Assembly: GCA_964401185.1 (NCBI GenBank)
Contig: CAYNXQ010000001.1
Span: 1-28,819 of the forward strand
Origin: an uncultured Gammaproteobacteria bacterium
GTDB lineage: Bacteria > Patescibacteriota > Patescibacteriia > Magasanikbacterales > UBA922
Reading direction: 5' to 3'
DNA: 28,819 bases
This document shows, one piece after another, positions 1 through 6,160 of the stretch (position 1 is the stretch's first letter; every line of letters starts with the position of its first letter). The translations under genes were made by a program, and so were the position numbers. The notes beneath the pieces were generated by a model. That model made no database searches. It saw nothing but the letters and a program-made list of their open reading frames with translations, and was not told where the DNA came from.

Positions 1-162
1 GCCGCCGCCGGGCGGAAAGCCCACGATGAGGCTGATCGGGCGGTCGGGGTATGTCGTCGAGATGATATGGGGCATCTGACCATGCTGGTCGGGTCTGCGG
101 AATTCTTCTGTCGGCCGCAGATGATTGGAGCGCGGGGCGTTGGTCTCTTCGAGTTGTCGCAT
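1..162 (-). CDS. 5' part of a tripartite tricarboxylate transporter substrate-binding (TctC/Bug family)-like protein, runs off the window start
   Basis: Manual translation from ATG at 162: MRQLEETNAPRSNHLRPTEEFRRPDQHGQMPHIISTTYPDRPISLIVGFPPGGG. YPDRPISLIVGFPPGGG matches the Bug/TctC N-terminal motif YPxRPIxLIVPFPPGG. Strong SD (GAGGAGGAG) upstream. Not in the ORF track because it is truncated. Confidence 0.7.
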   Translation of the reverse strand, partial: MRQLEETNAPRSNHLRPTEEFRRPDQHGQMPHIISTTYPDRPISLIVGFPPGGG

Positions 163-218
163 GTTCTCCTCCTCTTTGATGCTGTCTGCTTGTGCAGTGT
201 TGAAAAGAACGGTTGGGT

Positions 219-247
219 ACTATAGCAGGGAACTCGGATTTTGTCAA
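219..247 (-). promoter_or_regulatory. sigma70 promoter for the TctC-like gene
   Basis: Minus strand TTGACA (247-242)-N17-TATAGT (224-219) with extended -10 TGn. Confidence 0.75.
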
Positions 248-250
248 TAC

Positions 251-343
251 AAAAAAGACCCTGGTCGTGTTCGGCTTTGGCAGAGGGAGAGAAGGAGGGG
301 CCTCTCCAACACCTTGGTCGAACACGATCAGAGTCCTTTGATT
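251..343 (-). ncRNA. candidate small non-coding RNA (rod-like hairpin, anti-SD sequence in apical loop)
   Basis: 17-position basal stem (335-319 with 273-257; one GU pair, one mismatch) followed by U6. Inner stem GGAGAG/CUCUCC with loop GCCCCUCCUU. Preceded by its own promoter. No ATG on this strand. Confidence 0.5.
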
Positions 344-349
344 TTTCTC

Positions 350-378
350 ACTCTAGCAGATTGGGACGATTTTGTCAA
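350..378 (-). promoter_or_regulatory. sigma70 promoter for the candidate sRNA
   Basis: Minus strand TTGACA (378-373)-N17-TAGAGT (355-350) with TGn. Shares TTGACAAAATC...CTGCTA(T/G)AGT with the promoter at 219-247. Confidence 0.7.
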
Positions 379-395
379 GTCTGACGATGCGTAGA

Positions 396-430
396 GAAAA
401 TCAAACCTCCCGACTCAATCGGGAGGTTTG
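396..430 (-). terminator. intrinsic terminator of infC-rpmI-rplT
   Basis: CAAACCTCCCGA-N5-TCGGGAGGTTTG hairpin followed by AUUUU on the minus strand, 10 nt after the rplT stop. Confidence 0.75.
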
Positions 431-440
431 TATATTTTGT

Positions 441-788
441 TTAGGCTTTGGCCTTGGCCACCAGAGTGGCGAAGATGTTGGGCTGTTCGGCAGCGATTTT
501 GGCCAGGACCTTGCGGTCGAGGAGGATGCCGTGCTTCTTTAGTCCTCCCATGAACTGACTGTAGCTCATGCCAGCGTCGCGGACGGCAGCGTTGATTCGG
601 ACCTGCCAGAGACCACGCATCGTGCGCTTTTTCACGCGGCGATCGCGATAGGCATGGGCGCCCGCTTTCAGCTGGGCAGTTTTGGCTAGTTTCAAAAGAT
701 TTTTTCGGCCAGCTTCGTATCCCTTCACGCGTTTCAAGATTTTTCGGCGGCGTTTGAGATGCGAGAGACCACGTTTGACTCGGGACAT
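441..788 (-). CDS. rplT: 50S ribosomal protein L20
   Basis: MSRVKRG...AYRDRRVKKRTMRGLWQVRINAA...YSQFM...LDRKVLA; infC-rpmI-rplT synteny. Confidence 0.98.
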   Translation of the reverse strand: MSRVKRGLSHLKRRRKILKRVKGYEAGRKNLLKLAKTAQLKAGAHAYRDRRVKKRTMRGLWQVRINAAVRDAGMSYSQFMGGLKKHGILLDRKVLAKIAAEQPNIFATLVAKAKA

Positions 789-797
789 AAAGGAATC

Positions 798-1004
798 TTA
801 TGCGTAGGGGAGTGAACGGAGGATCGTCTGTTTCACCGTTGTATCCATGATGGCGTCGGATCGCTTGTTGCGCTTCACCTTGCCAGTTTCGCGGGAATTA
901 AAATGATCCTGTCCATCCGTGCGTTTCAGGACCGTGATGCCTTTTTTGGAGCGTTTGACAACAAATCGTTTGGCAACCGCTTTGTGGGTTTTGAGTTTCG
1001 GCAT
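798..1004 (-). CDS. rpmI: 50S ribosomal protein L35
   Basis: MPKLKTHKAVAKRF motif; lies between infC and rplT. Confidence 0.96.
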   Translation of the reverse strand: MPKLKTHKAVAKRFVVKRSKKGITVLKRTDGQDHFNSRETGKVKRNKRSDAIMDTTVKQTILRSLPYA

Positions 1005-1074
1005 AAAAGAAAGGTTCGTTGATGGACAGTACTGTACCAGATCGCCAACTCCCTGTCAAGAGATGGGCTGTGGC

Positions 1075-1623
1075 TTACTTTTTGGCAACAATGGCGGTGA
1101 CTTTGTTGGCTTGCTTGGTGATTTCCTGGTCGATGCGCAGCGGCATGGTGGCCTCGATCATGCCCATGAATTTGCGAATCACATCAAAAGCGATGGCGGG
1201 TCGGCCGTGTTCGCGACCGCGCAGGATAATTTCAATTTTTACCTTGTCGCCACGAGAAAGAAATTTCTCGGCTTGTTCGCGGCGAATGTCAAGATCGTGC
1301 TCGCCGATGCGGACCGAGAGGCGGATGCCCTTGGTGTCGCTCGTGTGCGCATTGCTTTTTTGCTTCTTGGCTTCTTTTTCTTTTTGATATTTGAAATGAG
1401 AAAAGCCAATCATCTGGGTGACTGGCGGTGTTCCTTTGGGATTGATTTCAACCAGGTCCATTTCTTGAGCGCGGGCCATGGCAATCGCTGCGGCTGTGGT
1501 CATGACGCCAAGATTGGCGCCCTCGCGGTCAATCACGCGCACTTCGGGGACAACAATCTGCTCGTTCACATTGAAGTGCGGGATAATGGGTTTGTCTGGT
1601 CGGCGTTTGCGAGAGATACGCAT
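1075..1623 (-). CDS. infC: translation initiation factor IF-3
   Basis: NEQI..PEVRVID..G.NLGVM, DLVEINP...PPV, K.IRLS.RIGEHDL, GDKVKI...RGRE motifs. Confidence 0.97.
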   Translation of the reverse strand: MRISRKRRPDKPIIPHFNVNEQIVVPEVRVIDREGANLGVMTTAAAIAMARAQEMDLVEINPKGTPPVTQMIGFSHFKYQKEKEAKKQKSNAHTSDTKGIRLSVRIGEHDLDIRREQAEKFLSRGDKVKIEIILRGREHGRPAIAFDVIRKFMGMIEATMPLRIDQEITKQANKVTAIVAKK

Positions 1624-1638
1624 AATATTGGTAAGGAG

Positions 1639-1667
1639 AGTATGCCATGGTTTTCTCTGACTGTCAA
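1639..1667 (-). promoter_or_regulatory. sigma70 promoter of infC operon (very short leader, no SD)
   Basis: Minus strand TTGACA (1667-1662)-N17-CATACT (1644-1639) with TGn. Confidence 0.7.
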
Positions 1668-1930
1668 GATAAAGAAAAGCCGCCTGGGCGAACCAGATGT
1701 TCTTTTTTTATTTTTGGCCAACGTTTTATTTCCGCTTCTCGTTTGGCCGCATCACTACGACTGTCAAAAGATTCGGAATAAATAATTTTGATTGGCAGAC
1801 GACTGCGGGTGTATTTGCTTCCTTTGCCTGCATTATGTTTTTTCTCTCGCGCATCTAGATCGTCGGTCATACCAGTGTACAAGCTATGGTCACTGCAGCG
1901 AGCCAGATAAGTAAAATATTTTTTTGACAT
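1664..1930 (-). CDS. GIY-YIG nuclease superfamily protein (UPF0213/YhbQ-like)
   Basis: YFTYLARCSDHSLYTGMT.D...R...HN.GKGSKYTRSRLP......E.F.SRS.A.KREAEIK signature. Confidence 0.9.
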   Translation of the reverse strand: MSKKYFTYLARCSDHSLYTGMTDDLDAREKKHNAGKGSKYTRSRLPIKIIYSESFDSRSDAAKREAEIKRWPKIKKEHLVRPGGFSLS

Positions 1931-2015
1931 ATCAATAATAAGTCGAGTTTATTTTAAATTTTTGTTCTACGTATTAAGTATATCATTGCCGGGAATTTCA
2001 CTCGTCGCTTTCGGT

Positions 2016-2051
2016 AAAAGAAAAACTCCCTGGTGGGGAGTCTTTTCTTTT
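2016..2051 (-). terminator. intrinsic terminator after ssrA
   Basis: AAAAGAAAAACTCCC...GGGAGTCTTTTCTTTT hairpin with A/T tracts on both sides. Confidence 0.7.
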
Positions 2052-2054
2052 GTG

Positions 2055-2448
2055 TGGAGATGCCGGGAATTGAACCCGGGTCTAGAGCGGGTTGTCACAA
2101 TGCTCAACATGCGTTGCCTTTTTGGATAATCAAGAAATCAGAAAAAGGCAAAAGTTTTCTTGATGCGTCTGTGCATGACTTCGCGCGAGACTGACAGACC
2201 AAGCGCTCGCACTACGCTCGATAGTTGACACCGCAGTCCTGTTATCGAGTATTACAGGCGCGATGGTAGTTGCACTTAAGCGACTACGGGTGCGAATGAA
2301 GGAACGGCAAATGCTTTCGCAATGGCGTTCTTCACTCGACTAAGTACGTTTGCACGTAGCTTTTGCTCCGCAGTTTTACGAGGGTGTAGAGCGACCTCGA
2401 CATGCACACTGGTGACAACAAATCCGTCTATCGAATCCTGTCATCCCC
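2055..2448 (-). ncRNA. ssrA: tmRNA (one-piece, ~394 nt; CCA not encoded)
   Basis: 5' GGGGAUG pairs with 3' CAUCUCC-A including the G3.U Ala identity pair. 5' GGAUUCGA, T-arm CCGGG-UUCAAUU-CCCGG, internal tag ORF ending in UAA at 2278-2276. Directly downstream of smpB. Confidence 0.95.
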
Positions 2449-2463
2449 TTATGAAAAATGTTT

Positions 2464-2901
2464 TTACTCCTTTCGTCGCAGCTCGCGATTGAGATCTCTT
2501 TTTTTGATTGCTTCGCGTTTGTCGTAGGTTTTTTTGCCACGCACGAGCGCGATCTCAATTTTGATATGCGGCCCGTGAGTATACACCGAAACAGGCACAA
2601 TTGTCAAGCCGGCTTCGTCGCTTTTTCCCCGAAGATAGCGAACTTCTTTTTTTTTCAGAAGCAAACGGCGGCTGCGATCTGATTCGTGCGGAATTGAGAG
2701 GGCTGCCGCCTTGTATCTTGGGATATGAAGATTGATGAGATAGGGGATTTCGCCCTGAAATACTACATAACTGCCAGTCAACTTCAGATTGTTCGTACGG
2801 ATGGATTTTACTTCTGGTCCAGTCAATACCAAGCCTGCCTCGAAGGTTTCGAGGATTTCGTAATCAAAACGGACGCGCTTGTTGAGGCCATAGGTTGGCA
2901 T
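2464..2901 (-). CDS. smpB: SsrA-binding protein SmpB (145 aa)
   Basis: NKRVRFDYEILETFEAGLVLTGPEVKSIR, R.R.LLLKKKE, GLTIVP, KIEIALVRGKKTYDKRE motifs. True start is MPTYG at 2901, not the ORF-track start at 3117. Confidence 0.97.
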   Translation of the reverse strand: MPTYGLNKRVRFDYEILETFEAGLVLTGPEVKSIRTNNLKLTGSYVVFQGEIPYLINLHIPRYKAAALSIPHESDRSRRLLLKKKEVRYLRGKSDEAGLTIVPVSVYTHGPHIKIEIALVRGKKTYDKREAIKKRDLNRELRRKE

Positions 2902-2910
2902 AGTGCCCCA

Positions 2911-2961
2911 AGTATAACGCCAGCGCCCTGGTTTGGCTAGAGGCAGAAAAAAGTGTATACT
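2911..2961. promoter_or_regulatory. back-to-back divergent promoters with overlapping -35 boxes
   Basis: Minus: TAGCCA (2939-2934)-N17-TATACT (2916-2911) for smpB. Plus: TTGGCT (2933-2938)-N17-TATACT (2956-2961) for the gene at 2972. Confidence 0.55.
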
Positions 2962-2971
2962 ATTTCTTGAT

Positions 2972-3421
2972 ATGCAGTGGCATCGGCATGACAATCGTTC
3001 TTGGTTTCTCTTGCTGCCTGGGCTTCTCGGGCTTTTCATCCTGGCAGGATTATTTTTGTTTTTACTTGGCTCGCTGCGTATGCCAAGTCCAGGGACAACC
3101 CTTGGCACACTCAACAATACCCCAGCTCCTGCCGAAAGTCTTTTGACTCCGCGCAGTGTCTTTGATCAGTATCAAAATAGTTTGCAGGCCTTGGTAGCAA
3201 GCATTGCCTCGGGCGCGCTTGACAAAAATGGCATCTTTGCTAGTGTAGACACCACCATGTTCCAGGTGCGTGTACCACAGCCCCTCCTCGATGCGCATCT
3301 CAAGGCAGTACTCGCAATCCATGCGCTGGAGCAAAACCAGGCGCTCACCGACAAAGACGTCGCTACCAAAGTGACCAAGATTCTTCAATCCCTGATCACT
3401 GCCGCGACCAATCAGGGGTAA
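2972..3421 (+). CDS. hypothetical protein, single N-terminal TM anchor plus helical domain (149 aa)
   Basis: ATG at 2972 just after a promoter; hydrophobic stretch WFLLLPGLLGLFILAGLFLFLL. Confidence 0.75.
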   Translation: MQWHRHDNRSWFLLLPGLLGLFILAGLFLFLLGSLRMPSPGTTLGTLNNTPAPAESLLTPRSVFDQYQNSLQALVASIASGALDKNGIFASVDTTMFQVRVPQPLLDAHLKAVLAIHALEQNQALTDKDVATKVTKILQSLITAATNQG

Positions 3422-3434
3422 GAAGCTCATACGT

Positions 3435-4211
3435 ATGATTCGATCGGTTCAAAATATTTCGAGCTTGATCGCTGGCATTGCGGCCAGTATTTTTTTATTG
3501 ATTGTTCTTGGGCAGACGATCTGGTGGGTGATTCTCATCCTCACCATTATCTGGCTTGGGCTCCTCGTATCGGCCGAGCGATTTATCCAGCAGAAAAATT
3601 CTCCAGCATACCCCACCATTCTTCTCACAATTTTTTCCACACTGGGTTTTCTTGGGCTCCTGGCACTGACAGAAATAGAAATGATCAAGTTGATTCTGGT
3701 CGTGCTCTCGGGGATGAGTACGGCATTTCTGATTCACACTTCTCTTCCTGCGGGAGCATCAGTTCAAGCATTTGAAGCCAAGCGGACACGACGCATTCTG
3801 ATGATCTTGTGGGTGTTTTCGGTCTATGCGATATTGGCGACACTTTTTGCAACAACATTTTTCTTTCAATCCATCCCATTTTTTCTGGTCGCAGTAGTTG
3901 GCGCGGCGATGTTTTCGCTGGGGACGCGTATGATTTGGCGGCTCTACGAAGAAACGAAGGCGCCGCATACCCGGCTTTGGATTTTGGTTTTTGCTGTGTG
4001 TATGATGGAGCTGCTCTGGGCCATTCATCTGCTCCCGTTTGGCTATCTGGTATCGGCCTGGATGGCCACCTGGGTTTGGTACATTGCACAGTTATTGATC
4101 CGGTTTCATTTGTCTCGACAGGGGATTGATTGGGCGCGCCAGCGCTGGTTTTTGGCAGGAAATATTATATTGTACTTTTTGTTTCTACTCTCTTTTGTTC
4201 GCTGGGTATGA
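3435..4211 (+). CDS. multi-pass membrane protein of unknown function (258 aa)
   Basis: About 8-9 hydrophobic segments; ATGA-coupled to the next gene. Confidence 0.8.
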   Translation: MIRSVQNISSLIAGIAASIFLLIVLGQTIWWVILILTIIWLGLLVSAERFIQQKNSPAYPTILLTIFSTLGFLGLLALTEIEMIKLILVVLSGMSTAFLIHTSLPAGASVQAFEAKRTRRILMILWVFSVYAILATLFATTFFFQSIPFFLVAVVGAAMFSLGTRMIWRLYEETKAPHTRLWILVFAVCMMELLWAIHLLPFGYLVSAWMATWVWYIAQLLIRFHLSRQGIDWARQRWFLAGNIILYFLFLLSFVRWV

Positions 4212-5278
4212 TTGTTCACGCTCCGCATCTGCCGCCCAAAAGCTGCAACATAAAACAGCACGAACGCCGACAGTGGCTGCCCGTTTTTATTTTGGTTACG
4301 ATTATGGCCTTTTTTTCTGGACTGGTTGGCGCGCTTGTGACCGTTGCCTGGATTGTGCCGCCGTCTCCAACAGGGCAAATTTTTTATGCCTATCAGACGA
4401 ATCGCGCTGCCGAAACGCCGCTTGATCCGATCGTAGAAAATCAAATGAAAGAACGCACGATCGCGATGTATGATCGGAATAAAAAGATTTCTGGTTCATT
4501 GTATCCGCTTGGCGCTCGCCAGGGTGTCGCGATTCTCCTGAGTTCTGATGGCTGGGCAGTGGCTTCTTCTCTCGGATATCGCGCAGGGCAGGAGAATCAG
4601 TGGGAAGGGATTGATAATCAGGGCACTGCGCATCCGATTGTGGCGGTGCGGCTCGCTGCAAATACGCATCTGCTGTATCTCAAATTTGGTGGCGATGGAT
4701 TCCACATTGCCCCATTTGCTCGGCCAGACGCGATTGCCTATGGCGCATCCTCTTGGTTTTTTACTGGAGACAACTGGAAACGGGCAATCATGGATGGCGT
4801 GCAACCAGTGACAACCGACAAGACGATTTCCCTTGGTGATTTGGCGTATCTCTATCATCTTGCTCCGACTGTAGGAGCTGGTGATCCGGTGATTACTGAT
4901 CGCGGAGAATTGCTTGGATTGGCCGATGATCACAGCCGACTGATTCCAGCCTGGGTGATTCAAGCCGACGTTACAAATCTTCTCTCGCAGGGTACGCTGC
5001 ATCGTGATCTTTGGCCGATTGATGGCCAATTTGTCGAAGGGTTTGGTGTCGAGCCTGGAGTCCGTGGAGCCACTGGATTTTTGGTGAGTCGAGTTGGTCC
5101 ACGTCTGGGCGCCGCTCTGATCAAAGGCGATTTGATTCTTCGGCTGAACAACGAGCCTGTAGATCCAGCCTCGGCTTCTCGTCAGGTGTTGGGTTTGGGG
5201 CCTGATTCTACAGTGACGATCCTGCGTGACGGCAAAGAACAGGATATCTCTTTGCGAACAGCATCGAGCACCCCTTGA
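4208..5278 (+). CDS. HtrA/DegP-like membrane-anchored trypsin-fold + PDZ protein with degenerate catalytic triad (356 aa)
   Basis: TM, then GVAILLSSDGWAVASS, THLLYLKF and GAGDPVITDRGELLGL aligning to S1C motifs. C-terminal PDZ-like GFLVSRV...KGDLILRLNNEPV. Start taken at the ATGA overlap (4208). Confidence 0.75.
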   Translation: MIVHAPHLPPKSCNIKQHERRQWLPVFILVTIMAFFSGLVGALVTVAWIVPPSPTGQIFYAYQTNRAAETPLDPIVENQMKERTIAMYDRNKKISGSLYPLGARQGVAILLSSDGWAVASSLGYRAGQENQWEGIDNQGTAHPIVAVRLAANTHLLYLKFGGDGFHIAPFARPDAIAYGASSWFFTGDNWKRAIMDGVQPVTTDKTISLGDLAYLYHLAPTVGAGDPVITDRGELLGLADDHSRLIPAWVIQADVTNLLSQGTLHRDLWPIDGQFVEGFGVEPGVRGATGFLVSRVGPRLGAALIKGDLILRLNNEPVDPASASRQVLGLGPDSTVTILRDGKEQDISLRTASSTP

Positions 5279-5303
5279 CAAGATTTCTCCTTTCTGTTAT
5301 AGT
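5275..5303 (+). promoter_or_regulatory. sigma70 promoter for the Wzz/CapA-like gene
   Basis: TTGACA (5275-5280)-N17-TATAGT (5298-5303) with TGn. Confidence 0.75.
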
Positions 5304-5317
5304 GGACTGTTTTGTAT

Positions 5318-5950
5318 ATGTTTATTGAACACAGTCCAATTCAAATCCTGCGGACGCACAAAAAAGCGATCCTTGGTTTTGGCGTGCTTGTCGCCCTTTT
5401 GTCTTTGGGCGTCAGCCTGCTTTTCCCTCTGGAATACCGCGCCGATGCTCAGGTGCTGGTGATTGCCAAATCCCGTTCTGGTGTTGATCCCTACACGATT
5501 GCCAAATCCGGCGAGCGCATTGGCGAAGATCTGATTCAAGTGGTGAAGACCAATGATTTCTATACCAAGGTTATGGCTGATCCCAATTTTACCGTGGATC
5601 GTACCCGCTTCGAAGCGATCGGTATGAGCGAACAAACCAAGCGCAAAAACTGGCAAAATTCCGTTTCGGCAAGTGTCGTTTATGGCACCAGTGTGCTGTC
5701 GGTTTCGGCCTATAGCCCCAATGCATCGGATGCTGCCCAGCTCTCTGGCGCGATTGTGGATACCTTGGCTGCCCATGGTTGGGAATACGTGGGTGGTGAC
5801 GTGAGCATGAAGATCGTCAACCAGCCGATTGTTACACGATGGCCAGTGCGACCAAACCTGATTGTCAATGTTTTGTCTGGCTTTGCCATCGGGGTACTCA
5901 CCTTTGGACTTTTGGTAGTCTATCGCCCCAACAAAACCCGAGTGATTTAA
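5318..5950 (+). CDS. polysaccharide co-polymerase / chain-length determinant (Wzz/CapA/YveK-like, 210 aa)
   Basis: N-terminal TM followed by P.EYRADAQVLV; C-terminal P...PVRPNLIVNVLSGFAIG TM motif. Confidence 0.8.
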   Translation: MFIEHSPIQILRTHKKAILGFGVLVALLSLGVSLLFPLEYRADAQVLVIAKSRSGVDPYTIAKSGERIGEDLIQVVKTNDFYTKVMADPNFTVDRTRFEAIGMSEQTKRKNWQNSVSASVVYGTSVLSVSAYSPNASDAAQLSGAIVDTLAAHGWEYVGGDVSMKIVNQPIVTRWPVRPNLIVNVLSGFAIGVLTFGLLVVYRPNKTRVI

Positions 5951-5968
5951 TCTCTCAAGATATCGCAG

Positions 5969-5998
5969 AAAATTAGGCTCTACACAGCCTAATTTTTT
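5969..5998 (+). terminator. intrinsic terminator after the Wzz-like gene
   Basis: AAAATTAGGCT-CTACAC-AGCCTAATTTTTT. Confidence 0.7.
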
Positions 5999-6013
5999 GT
6001 TGCATTTATCCCC

Positions 6014-6042
6014 TTGACAAAAGCTTGGTTATATGGTATAAA
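6014..6042 (+). promoter_or_regulatory. sigma70 promoter of the GC-rich block
   Basis: TTGACA (6014-6019)-N17-TATAAA (6037-6042) with TGn. Confidence 0.8.
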
Positions 6043-6160
6043 GATATGTCTTGTTCTTTAGAACGCAGGAAGGGATTTTTCGGCTGGGTATAGCCGAGAA
6101 AGTATCTTTTTGCCATACAACCAGGCAGTGCGAAAGCGCTGCCACAAACAGGAGGACAGC

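Noticed and set aside
251-343. SRP (4.5S) RNA or 6S RNA identity for the rod-like RNA
   Set aside because: It lacks the SRP domain IV motif (CAGG...GNRA...AGCA) on either strand and is about half the usual 6S length. Kept as an unassigned sRNA candidate.
1621-1626. ATT codon just before the infC ATG (AUU-type IF-3 autoregulation)
   Set aside because: An in-frame ATG follows immediately, so there is no support for AUU initiation.
919-1785. 288-aa plus-strand ORF
   Set aside because: Antisense shadow of infC, rpmI and the GIY-YIG gene.
2055-2092. tRNA-like T-arm and acceptor end
   Set aside because: It is the 3' end of tmRNA; the matching 5' strand is about 390 nt away and there is no anticodon arm.
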